From Utricularia gibba (lineage: Eukaryota; Plantae; Magnoliophyta), in NCBI GenBank assembly GCA_002189035.1, contig CM007989.1:2356001-2420000 (forward strand): a stretch of 64,000 nucleotides of DNA, given 5' to 3'. A program made the position numbers and the translations under genes. Below, piece after piece: positions 36,801-48,852 of this stretch (within the stretch, counting starts at the first letter, position 1; the number at the start of each line of letters is the position of its first letter). Below the pieces are notes generated by a model. The model had not been told where the DNA came from and searched no databases. It saw only the letters and a list, made by a program, of their open reading frames with translations.

Positions 36801-38572
36801 TCAAATATCTACAGCAAAACCGAACAGTGCAGCATTCTTTATAATAATTAAGCAAAAATTCATCCACTGTGGGTCAGTTCTTCTGCAGCTTATGAAGGAT
36901 ATTGAAAAGATATTTTGCACAGAGTTGTGCGAATTCCCAGAAAAACAGAATCTATGACATAACAGAATCTGTATTTTGCATTTGAAGAAGCTCATATTGT
37001 TATAGTAGAATACCAACACAATTAACTCATATTTTCCAACAGAATCATCCTTTCCAAAAGTACCAACTGAAAATTAAAAAAAAATTCCACTACCTTGTCC
37101 CAGCATAATGACGTGATCGTCGAGCAATAAGAATCAGATTGAAATCACGGCCTGATACTGAAAGCCTCATCTGCTAAGACTTTAAAAGATAAAGAAAGGA
37201 TACCAACTTTGACAAGAAAAATGAACAAGCAACTAATTACCTGTTTAAAGAAACCGTAAACCAGAGCCACTGTCCAAGTTGAATTTCCAAGTTGGTTGCG
37301 AATTCCACGTGTCAAAAATTCATTCCAGACAAACAATGTCTCATAACTAGTTAGCCTTGATTCATCACAGCTTAGATTTTTTTGGAGACTATGCATAACA
37401 TAGTAGGAGTAACTAAAAAAGAAGTTCTTGGTAAGATCCACTGTCCGGAAGAGCTTCTTGTATCTATTTGTGAAACAGGAGAAAGAGCACAGGTGAAGTA
37501 AGACCAGTAATAATACATTGTGCAGCATAGCATGTAAAGTAAAAGTTCAGAGCTAAGCACCAAAGAAAGAAAAATCAGATTCGGTTCCTGCAACGTTTAC
37601 ACTTGATATTATACTGAAATTGACACAGTCTTAATTCACCAACAATGGGTTCAAAACAATAAGCTACAAGTCCACCGCTATACAGACTAACAACGCTGCA
37701 ACTACAATTTTGCACGAATTTGACCAAAGACCTGTTCTCATTACTAGCACAATCCACATTCGAATGGCCGGGAAAACTGGTTACTGGAATCATAGCACTC
37801 TTGGCAACAGAATACACTACATGACCGCAAATCATGCCAATCGCCTTTCTTTTAGTGATAAGCAGGATATAGTAAGGTCCCAGAAACTTTATGAACCCTG
37901 TGATTATAGTAGAAGAAAAGTAAATCAGATAACTTTTATGAGTGAATTGAAAACATGGTAACTCAATCTACTAGGAGATTTACAAACCAACTATTCCATA
38001 GCAATTGGTCACAAATTTCAGCCCGCCAGTCAAAATGTTATCCTCGTAAATTCTTTTCTTGAGGTCATGCAATTCCGTTTCTGAATATGTTGCAGAATCT
38101 TCAGTTATGCATAACTTGGAATGCTCCAACTTGTTGATCTTCAAGACTTTCCATTTTTTATTATATTTACCACGCCCAAACATGATAAATTCCTGCATCG
38201 CCGAAAATTAAATAACAATCTAAGCAAACAATAGGGAACTAAAAGCCGTGACTCGGGATAACGTCAACCCGATAGAGAGAGAGAGAGGTCGAGTTCAGAT
38301 TACAACAAATGTAATCAAATCCCAGTGATCATGATGTGGTTAAAATATCACCTAACATTACAAAACATCCCTCCATGATCGTAATCAGAAATCTTCCACC
38401 ACACAGTCCTGAACCATTGTCAGTTTAAAACATTCAAATCAACCAACTCAACAAAATTACTCAAAACATATACCGATGAAGTCTCGTAAAGCTCAAGCTT
38501 CTGCAGACTGGTAGTAGATTGGCCGCCTAAAAGGCGTCCATCACCGGCAGCCATCCGTTCACGGCTCCCCAT
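33886..38572 (-). CDS. SAC-domain phosphoinositide phosphatase (FIG4-like, SAC2-SAC5 class), multi-exon
   Basis: [59 protein letters not shown], catalytic [24 protein letters not shown] and KRSLSDG. I could not assign the paralogue. Confidence 0.93.
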
Positions 38573-39387
38573 GGCAGTCAAATCTCTACCAAAAAAATGA
38601 TCGGAACGGACTGAAGCGGAGAAGAAGGAGAGAAACAAGAAAGATGGCTGATTCGATAAGCCTCAACAATTATTTACATATTGCAGCTGCAATTCCGCTA
38701 TCGATAACGACCCAACCGGATGCCAAGCCACAAAATCGAATATCCTGAAATACGATTAAATCGCCATAATTATTAAACAATTTTCTCATTTTTCCACAGC
38801 AATAAAGTTATTTTTAAAAATAAATTAATTTATATTCTTTATAATTACGTTTAAAAAAATGAATTCACTCAACAAAAATTAATTTTTATTTTAATAACAG
38901 AAATAATTTTTGTAATTTTATTTCCACAGTTATAATTCTATATTTCGTATAACACAATCACGATCAATCTTCGTCTCTAAATAAATTTTAATAATATTAT
39001 TAATAAAATGTATTTAAACTATTATAATAATATAAAATATATAACTATTTTGTAAACATAATTTTTAATATATACAATATAGTAAATATTATGGAGTTAC
39101 ACCCGGGTCTTCATCATCTGGAATGTGAATGGAAATCCAAATCAGCCACGTGGCGATGGATTCCTTTTTTTAGCAAAGCTTGCTTAGAAAGCAATAAACA
39201 GGTTGTTAGGAAGATAATAACAATGATAATAAACATGTGAAAAGCATTTGCCTAGGCAGCACGTGACTTGCTCGTGCAAGTGACATCACGTTTTCCCATT
39301 CAACAGTGTGCTGAGACTGCGCCTCAGTTCACTTATTTCGAATACAACAAGACGGCGCACTGCAGTGCAGCAGCCTGCCTGGGTTCG

Positions 39388-40645
39388 TCAATGGCGGAGG
39401 CAGTTGAGCTTCGGGTATATGTCTTGGATGAGCCACCCGGCCATGATTCTGTATGAGGTCTGCGTCAGATGAGCTCCATCCCAGCTCAAATACTGGCTCG
39501 GGTCAGCACAGGCCTTTATCCCCGGAGTTCCACACTCCCGATCCTCAGTGAACTTGTACTCGCCGCCGGTTCCGCAGCAAGCTTGTTCGCGATTGTATCC
39601 TCGCTGCTGTGCCACCTTCAGAAGGTGCTGATACGCGTTGAAGTAGTCCCCATACACGATCACCACTTGGGGATTCTCCGCTCGCAGCTTACGAATTTCG
39701 TTCTGGAGATAAGTGTTGTGGAACTGGGAGAAGCCGTTCATACTTTTTAGACAATTGTTGCTGTCGTACGCGGCGGAGGAGTTGGATTTGAAAAGGGTCT
39801 TGTACATCGGGAGGCAGCCGATGGCCATGTTACCCGGGATGACGAGTTTTCGGCCCCGATTTTAATAAGTTGGCGGGCGGCGGAAATTATGCCGCCGACG
39901 ATTTGGGGTACCAACGCCCGCAATTCCGGTATGCTTCTGCCTTGGAGGAAGCCGTAGTTGTAATCGTTGCCGCCGATTTCGCCGACGAGGAACAGTGCTG
40001 TACGGATTTTTTCCGCGAGGTCGGTGGCGTCTATAGTGGTGGAAATAAAGTGGCCCATCATCCATTTCATTTGCGTCTGGAGTGAACTGTTGGTCGTAGG
40101 ATTGATGATGCCTCTCGCTTTAAGCGTCACCGATGGAAGTACGGTGGCCCCGGCGACAGCGAAGTTTATACCGCGGTTGAAATCGGTACCCATGTTTTTG
40201 AACGGCGGCAACGGCGGCAATCCGGCGGAGAGAGCTGTAAATCAAAGGAACAACCCCAGCTACGTAAGATGTCAGCATTTACAGGGAAGCATTACATCTT
40301 TTCCAAGTCCCTTTAACTTTAAAATGAACAACGCTAAAGGCTGCTGTTCTCCGCGGGATTTCATGAAAGAGGGTTACCGATGTAGTCGATGATAAGAAGA
40401 CCATTGGAGCAACGACCAGTGGGGGAGCCGAAGAAGGTGCTACCGTAGGGACGGGCGGCACAGTTGGACTTGGCACCGTTGGGTACTTCACGAATCAAGT
40501 TTCCGGTGTCGGAAAGCGAATCTCCGACGTTATAGATCCGGTCGAATCCACAGGTTTTCAGACGCTGGGCTGCGGAGAAAGGAGAGCAGCCGCAAACGAT
40601 GGCGACAACAAAGAACACAGCCGCAAGCCTACTTGTCAAAGCCAT
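39388..40645 (-). CDS. Secreted GDSL/SGNH esterase (acetylajmalan esterase/At1g28570-like clade), one intron (40377-40235); apparent 1-nt deletion at ~39850
   Basis: Signal peptide, GDSLSDTGN, TGRCSNG, NFAVAGAT, EIGGNDY and SWDGAHLT. An alternative ATG lies at 40657. Confidence 0.92.
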
Positions 40646-42869
40646 GCTCAAAAGCATGAAAACACCACTACAACACACACATATATATATTGCCTACATT
40701 TGGGAACAATTATTGCCAATCTTTTCTTTTCTTTTCTTTTTTTTGAAAATTTTGGTTTTCTATTATTTAATATATTGCTAAACATTATAAAACTTTCTAT
40801 AAATGTAATGAGAAAAGTCAGCAAAGTTCACTAAGTTTAAAGGACTATCTCATACTTCATAATCTATATTTTTGAAAACTAACCATCCTAAAATTATATT
40901 TCATATACTAATATCAAAATTTTATGTATAATATGGTTATTTGAATTAAAAAATTTTAATTCAGTATCACTATTTTTTTTAAACGCTTCATTAAACATGA
41001 TCAAATTTTCAATAAACCTATTATGTGATAATAATTTCTTTAAGATAATAGAATGGCTGTAATGACATTTTTTGCAAAATTAAATTAATTTATTTTTTAT
41101 TTTTTTATTAAATCAATTTTATGTATAAATAAATCAATTCATTTTTTATTAAATAATTTTTTTAATAATTAGCCCCCAGTGTGGTGGATGTACTGTACGT
41201 CTGTACCACCACGTGAAAATTGGAAGTAGGGTGGAAAGGCTGTCGTTGTTTCCTCATCCAATAATACATCGCCACATGGAATATTTATTAAAGCCTGCCC
41301 TTTCCGGGCCCACCTCTGTTCACATTGTGCAATGCATCTCTACGATAACAACAAACTGGTCCTCGTGATGGGCTTATTATAAAACTACCAACTTGATTTT
41401 TATATTTTTTATAATATAATTTTAAATTGTCATAATATTATAATCAATTATTTTATTCATTTATTAAATTAAAAAATAAACACATTTTAAACAAATCATT
41501 TCCTATCCAACTCAAGTGAATGCTAAATTGAAAATTTCTTCTAGCTTGTTGAATATTGGTTTAAAACCTTCATAAATAAATTTAAATTATAATTTTTATA
41601 AAAAAATTATACAGATAAATTATAAATGATATTTAAATATAAATTTATATGCATAACGTAAATTATATATAAAAAAACCAAATGTGGGTATTTTTCTAAG
41701 TAAAAAACAGTAGTGTACATTTCACCCATTTAGAAATCTCATAGTTAAAATTTTTCACTCAATATCACCATTTTTTTCACACACTTGATCCATAATCAAA
41801 CTCAAAACAGGGTTGTTCAATTAACTTTATGTTTTATTTTATTTATTTAAATTTTACACACTACATTCTACATATGAATTAGGTTGAATAATGTATTTCA
41901 AAAATAACACACAATAATTTTGAAAAACAAATAAGAAACTATAAATAATATATAAATGGATAAAAAGAACGTGAAAAAAATGTCATAGATGTCTACGATG
42001 CGTGATAGCTGGTCTTAAATGGGGAAATTTGTCGTTTCTAGTTCAAGTAACTGTACGCATTTCGGGGTACCCAGGGCCACCGACTGCTTGCTGCATAATT
42101 AGGGTTTGGCGTGAGGGGATTCGGAGAGGGAGACTGGAGTGAAGCCTCCATCATCCTGTTCAAGGGGCAAGAGATGAAATGGGTGTCTGGAAGTTGAGAT
42201 TGGGAAGGAGAATGCGCGAGATGGGATGAATAGAAGGGAGCAAAGCTCGCTATCCCCATCTTCTTCGAAGTCTTGTAGAGGTCTGAGGGGATGCTGCAGG
42301 CCACACACAGGGTAGTTTCCGATAAGTCACTCTGGATGAGGATAAAACTACTGTGGCGTCCGACAAGCTATTACAGCACCCGATAAGCCACGGAGGACTG
42401 TTGTGCCAGATCAGCGAGTACATGTTGGAAGAGCTTCTCGCACAGTAGCTGGATAGGATTCCACGCCTGTGGCTAGGAAGCCTTTTGCAATGCTGGATAT
42501 AACACTACTGTAACGTTTGGATACAGGCTACTACGCCGACCAACGTAAGTTTGTGGAACGAGAAAGTAGAGTGAAGAGATATCCACTTTTAAAACACAAA
42601 TGGAAATCGTGTGGGCTTGTTTTGTACCAATTCACTACCATTTGACGAGCAATTACAACAGGCGATTGTCACGCACCAGAACACTCTTAGTTTGCTGATG
42701 ATCCGTATTGCTAATTTTCACAAGATGAGACAGAGCAGTCTGCGTTGATTCGCTTTGGGAAAACAGATAGAGCTCTCACCATCAAATCACCCCTATGCAT
42801 AGCCTTTTCTTCCCATTCCCCTAATCACTGTGGATATCAACTTGGCCAAAAAATGTGCTTTTTCTAGCC

Positions 42870-43630
42870 CAACCTTCATCATGCTTTCATCAACAGTTGG
42901 GTTGGAACGATGGCTGACTGTACAGTGTTTGTCAGCTCGAAAAGGCGACAAGAGAGCTGCAAAACGAAAGGAGTGTCTGGTAGTGTAACATGGAATGGAT
43001 ATGTCATATGTGAAATTTAGCATAGGACAAGGAGGAAGGGAAAAGGGTAGCCATTTTTGGTGTCCATTAGTAATGTTTGAGCAGCACCATTCGAAATTTA
43101 AGTCTCGGCTATTTGCTGGTAATATTTTCATAGGAAAAGCATGGACGACTTACCTCAGCCACAAACCGAATGTGCTGCATCTCTGATGTAATTTTTCCAG
43201 CCATCTGCAAAGAACACGAAGCGGCACAATAAACGAGCAGTAATACGTATTGAGCATCTGGGGTTTCACGAGCAGCTGGATGCTTGCGATATGTGTAACT
43301 GAAAAGATGACCCGAAAAAGAGCCATTTTTGTAGAGACATGTTATGGGGGTCCATGAAGTGTACGGATAAGCTTGTATACATACATATTCGTATCACAGA
43401 TTCCCAACCTACAAATCCAACACTTGAGAAAAGCCAGATTGCATTGGGGAGATCTTCTCAAGAAATATAACATGTGCATCCGGATTCTTCCAACTTCTCC
43501 CCCCTGCAATCGCAATAAAGTTCGCCGCTTCGAACAAGTACCACACTCCTGAAATTAATGCATAATAGGTTTCGAGCAGCGCAAAACTAAAAGCATGCAT
43601 TTGGGTGAAAATATGCTCAGATCAACCTGG
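42870..43630 (-). pseudogene. RWA: 5'-truncated pseudogene of an RWA (REDUCED WALL ACETYLATION, Cas1p-like) gene
   Basis: Collinear RWA C-terminal peptides: LI*AYFHPN, EKLEES, VGNL*YEY/VYKL, WL-E/G-KIT...LWL, SNITNGHQKWLPFSLPPCPMLNF and LSCRLFELTNTVQSAIVPT. Splice sites remain; stops and frameshifts are present. Confidence 0.8.
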
Positions 43631-44058
43631 ATAAGTTAGTTGAAATGGATGGACTGGAGAACTTTGTGGATGCTGATTTATTAAGACCTACCTCTGTCAC
43701 TACCAGGCTTGGATTGCTTCGTTTCAGGCAGACCAGATCTGAGCGTCCTCTGACATAACATCAGCCATACGCAAGGAGAAGATGATTGACACAAAAACAT
43801 GGCCGTGTCTGTTCATCCCCAGCGGGTTATCTTTGTGTTTTTTCTTTTCAGAAAGACAAGGGCTTCTTATATTTCATGTATTAGATGATCTTTTTTAAGG
43901 GATATCATACCAACTGATTGACATAAATCTACTCAACATTGACATAACCTTAATAAGAATAAACAAGCAAAAACAAGGTGATACGTGTGTTATTACAACA
44001 AGTTCAGAGCCATGAGAATAGGGAAAATACATGCATCATGGATTAGGGTTAGGACTAC

Positions 44059-45303
44059 TCACGGCTCCTCTTTCCCAGCCGCGGGGTGAATATCTTGTAG
44101 CAGTCCACAGTCTGCATACTGCTGAAACTGCTGCTGCTGTTGCTGCAGATGATGAAGGCTTGAGCGAAGGACTTCATCAGTATACGAACTCCCGCCGGGG
44201 CCGTAGCCGTAGGGATGAGACATTTGAGCCAGGATTTGCTGTGGGAAGCTGGGGGTCTCGATCCGAAACGGCTGCGCACCGAATATTCCGGCGATGCTTC
44301 CCCGGAGATTCACCGGAACGTGGTGGTTGTGTTGGCCTTCGTAAGTAGTGATCACGATCGTTGGATCTTGGTACGATCTCTCCACCCGCTTCTTCACTGT
44401 ACATTTTTGAGTTGTACATCGGTAGTAGTTCCTGGGAAAGTGTTCATTGTCACATTAGCACTAAATTGACATAAATAGATTAAACTTAAGTAAAAAAATT
44501 AAAAAAAGTAAGAAGAGAAATTAGGGTTTGAATTTGTAAAAAAGAAAAAAAAAATAGGGATTTTTTTAATTGATGACGTCATTTTAAAAGTTTTGACTCA
44601 TTCATATTATTTTTTGCATCGGATAATAAAAACGGAAGCTGATAATTAATTAAATCATTAATTATCACTTTAAAGTTATTTCATGATTTTTCAAATGGTA
44701 TTCTCATTGATATAAAAATAAAAGGAAAAAGGGAAAAGAAAAACCTTGGGTAAGGGCTATTTTTGACTGCTTTCTGTCCATACTTTCTCCATCTGTACCC
44801 GTCTTCCAAGTGATCCACTTCGCTTTTTGTCATGAACGCGAATCGGGGCTGCTTCTCCTTCTTCCCTCCCTTCTTCGCCTTGGCAGCTCTGTCACAACCA
44901 GTGTGAACAGTTCAGAAATGGACACGACGTCCATGGTTGAAATAACTTAGCATACTTACTCTTTCTTGGACGACTCCTCTCCCTCCTCATTCACAATCTG
45001 CTTCAACGATCTCTCCTTCTTGCCCTTGTTCGATGCGTCGTCGCCGGCGGGGGTGGCCTCCGCGGACGAGGAGGAGATGGAGGAGTTGGGCGTCGCCGGG
45101 GTGGTGAGAGCTTTCTCTTCCTCTTTGACCGAATGAAACATTTCGTTGCCGTACGGGTACTCCACCGGGTGGTAGAAAGGATCCATCATCAGGGGACGGT
45201 GAGCGCCGCCCGCTGCCGGAATGGTGGAATCGAGGCCGGCCGTCCACGGCGAGTCTTCATGAAAGTGGTGGCGGTGGTAGAAGCCTTCGAAATTTTCAGA
45301 CAT
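44059..45303 (-). CDS. Group IIc WRKY transcription factor (WRKY8/28/71-like); exons 45303-44960, 44888-44745, 44431-44059 (286 aa)
   Basis: [36 protein letters not shown], a C-X4-C-X23-H-X-H finger and the conserved PR intron. Exons sum to 861 nt. Confidence 0.96.
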
Positions 45304-45646
45304 GGTGCTGAGGCTTGGGAGTGGAATCCATTTCCTAGTCTTCCTTTTATGCTCTGAATTTGGATTATAATAATAATATTATTATTTCTTTTATTTTGGA
45401 TTTGAAAAAAAAATTGACATCAATTTTTTGTATTGGTTAAAAGTGTGGGCCCGGAGTTGGAAGGAATGATTATGCGACGAGGATGACGCAGCCTCAACAA
45501 TTCTTCCTTTGCGGCCTTGTGGCATCATTCCCTGAAAAACCCCGTTCCTTCAACCCGTAGAACCTTCTAGAAACGTTTTGTAACGGTAAAGTCGGTAAGA
45601 AAAATCATTACAAACAAACTGCATCTACATTCTAACAGCGGTTAAA

Positions 45647-45715
45647 AGTCAAAAGGGGGTTCCGTCGGCGGGGGGTGGGGCACAAACCCACGGTCACGGC
45701 CACCGTCATTTGACC
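45647..45715. promoter_or_regulatory. Two W-boxes in the WRKY upstream region (possible auto- or cross-regulation)
   Basis: AGTCAA at 45647-45652 and TTGACC at 45710-45715, 340-410 bp upstream of the ATG. Confidence 0.45.
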
Positions 45716-47796
45716 GGCCCGGCCCTGTCACGTGCCCAGGTCCAGATGCAAAATTTCCAATTTTTGTTTTGTTTTTTTTTTATTATAATTATAAAAGTAT
45801 GGTTTCAAAAAGAAAGAAAAAAAGTTTTAGTTGTCTTGTCTGTACCGACCCTTGACAAATTAAGGGTCCAAAAAGGGTAACATAATGAATGACACGGGTG
45901 CCCTTGCGAGGAACTCTTCTTCTAGCATCAAGAAAAAGAAGCTCCGCGGTCCTTGCGGCGGTGTCGGGAGCTAATCAAACATGGGATGATGGTCCCGTCT
46001 GATGCCACGAGAAAGGGAGGAAGAGCACTCGCTTTGTCAAACACGATGGCTGATTAATGTTCCAGAATTACTAACGTCTTAAAACGAAGATCATCACATC
46101 TTTGAATAATTAAGTTATTAGAACAAATAATTCTAGATCGATATTCGAAATTGAAATAATCAAATATATAAAAATTTTAAATCAATAATAATTGATTGAA
46201 TCTAATCTTTTTTAATATAATTTATATCTATTATGTACTTTGATCCATCATATTTGCAAACCATGGTTACTTTAGTTTAGTGTAGTTCTCGATAGATTGT
46301 TAGTTGGTGAGTAACAAAAGTTGGGCAGGTTCGGCAAGTCAGCTGCTGTTTTTACCATTATCTTCATTGGATGGAGGCTGAGCCGAATTCCGGTATTCTG
46401 CCGAACGAAACATGCAAATGGTGACTGAATACTGACCCGCGTCCTCATCCCTGAGATGAAATCAGGGGGCTTCTTTCTTGCTGAATGTCTTGTCACTTTC
46501 AGACTGAGTAAGACGGGGAGTCGACCCCCGTTTCGATCACTGATCCCAACCAGTTAGTGTTCTTTGCAGCAGGGACGGTTTGTGGGCATGGTTTGCTGCT
46601 CTGTACCAGCAACCCAAGTATAAAGACATGTAATTTTGTCTCTGTCTGAAAAAGAGAACAGCACACAGATGGTGGGTTGGGGTTGACATGATGATGGTGA
46701 AGAGGATATGCGAATGAGAACGGAGATGAAACAAAGCAGTAGTTTTCAAGGTCCCATTGACTGAACCTCCAGTTTGGTTACCAACTCCGATCTGGGTGAG
46801 TAGCATTATGGTTGGCCGTGGAAACCACAGTATGAACCCAACAACTGCACCACTCTTCCCCACACACACCGCAACAACAAAACCCTACCATCTTATACAA
46901 TTATTTGCATTTGTATAATTACGCATTATATCGCTATGTGTTTGGTAAACAAAATTTATAAATATCTGGGGCTGGATAGCTATGTTTAGAAAAAAATATA
47001 AAAAAAAATTAAAATGCATTTATTAAAAAATAATGTGAGAGAATAATTACAATGGATCCATGGAGTATTATGCACAATTGAAGAGGTTGAAGCACTTTTT
47101 GAGATAGATGGATGGATTGTTATACATAAAGTTTTTATATAGTATTTACATAAAAATTTAATTAATCACAAGAATGGGCCTAAGCCCAATTTGGCATTAT
47201 AAAAATAGAATTATAAATTATATGATATTTAGTTAATAGGTTTAAATAAATACAGGATTACATGGGTTTTTTGTAATCCCATGTTTGCGGGTTTATTTAA
47301 AATTACAAACTTCTCTTACTTTATTTAAAACTACTTAATTCCATTTTTAATCTCAGTAATTAAGCACTACTTAAAAATTAATCCTAATACATTAACTTTA
47401 TTTAAATCCAAATAAATTTATCTCATTCCAATCAATCAAACCCTACCTACGAGTTTTACTAATTTATAAAATACATTTATAAAACATATATAATTCTAAT
47501 ATTCTGAAATATAAACAAATTTATCAAATACGAGGGTTGTTGGTTTAATTCTTCTATATAAAGTCAGATGTCTCGAACAAGTGTGGAGTGGCTTTAAAAA
47601 AAATGCAACGTTATTCAAATAAATGCACACGTAAAAAAAAGAAAGAAAGAAAGAAAGAAAATCACAAGTGCTTTTTTTTTTGGCTTTGGAAGGAGACCGA
47701 GTCCATGTTGTGAAACGCAACAGTGTGGATATGGAATGAAGCGGAGGAGGTTGCTTGTGGTGATGGGAATGTTGACAGTGAAACAGCAACAAATAA

Positions 47797-48054
47797 TTGA
47801 CTCCTCAATCTCAATCTCATTGTTCCCTTCCACTCCAATTATATGATCACGGGGGAGCTAACATTTCTTGTTCTGGTAAAAGGAAGCATCCATTCTCTCT
47901 GAACCCGGAATGATTGAGATGACAGATGAAGTAGGGTTTTGGATTGGTGGAATGAATGCATACAAAAGGGGGAGGGTCTGTGTGTTGACTCAGCTGGCTC
48001 ATCCAAAGGAGGAGGAGGCACAGGCACCACTTTGGTTGAAATTGAAGGAGTCAA
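47797..48054 (-). ncRNA. Candidate MIRNA-like long hairpin with miR159/319 resemblance
   Basis: Terminal arms 47797-47814 and 48036-48054 pair almost fully. The 3' arm carries ATTGGAGTGGAAGGGA. A minus-strand TATAAAA lies at 48284-48290. Not folded computationally. Confidence 0.3.
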
Positions 48055-48093
48055 AAATGATAAAAAGACAAGCCAAGCCACTTGTTGTGACCG

Positions 48094-48117
48094 AGATAGA
48101 TAGATAGATAGATAGAT
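48094..48117. repeat. (AGAT)6 microsatellite
   Basis: Read directly. Confidence 0.95.
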
Positions 48118-48852
48118 CACGGTCCAGGGACATTATTTTGGACTTGAACGAATCAGCTGTGGAAAGCAGCTTGAAATGAACAGCACCCCATTGATCCATC
48201 TATTTCTGTCACATTCCAGAGGGGCGTGCGTCCCCCGGGGAGTGCTTATCCACAACGTATGAAGACCGCACACTCATAGCTTATTTTATATGCACACATT
48301 TCATTTTTAAGATCAGAAATTAAATATATTATTTTATTAAAGCTATAGTTGACGTTTTAGGTTAATTTCAGTATTTTAATTGGGCCTTGGCCGTATTGGG
48401 CTGAAACTCGAGCCTTGGGCCCACCTCCAATTGCAATGCAAGTGGGCTTAACCTGTACCCTCCCCCTTCATGTTACTTCAACCAAAACCGTCAAAATAGA
48501 TGGGAAATTATTCAATTAATGAACTTGGGAGGCCGAGAAGTCAAAATGGGGAAGTGGGCTTTGCGTTGTAGGAGATGGGATTACGTACCCAACTTCCTCC
48601 TCTTTATTGATCATGCAGTTCAGAATGGACACTGGGCCTTGTTTCTGGTCTTCAACCGAGCGTTGATTGAAAAATAAATTGGTGTGGTTGGAACAAACGA
48701 CGTCGTTTGGATTGCATACTGTTTTTGCTTTTAAATCCCACCCACACCCAATACGAAATCTCCATGCTGATGAATTCAATGCGTCGAAACTGATCCAGCT
48801 GCATTATAAACACTCTTGCACAGCAACGCACCGAATCATTTCACGGTGATAA

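Noticed and set aside
37196-37203. GTATCCTT, a U12-type donor consensus, on the SAC gene strand
   Set aside because: It lies inside an ordinary GT-AG intron whose own junctions keep the frame.
40700-42000. AT-rich tracts here and at 38800-39100, 46080-46260, 46900-47500 and 56340-56800 as MITEs or Helitrons
   Set aside because: I found no terminal inverted repeats, target-site duplications or Helitron ends by eye; a repeat-library search would be needed.
46514-46530. 5-bp stem with 7-nt loop (CGGGG-GTCGACT-CCCCG, minus strand) resembling a tRNA T-arm or B-box
   Set aside because: No acceptor stem, D-arm, anticodon arm or A-box could be built around it.
48516-48779. 87-aa minus-strand ORF in the GDSL promoter
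   Set aside because: No recognisable homology or splice context, and it overlaps the proximal promoter of the plus-strand GDSL gene.
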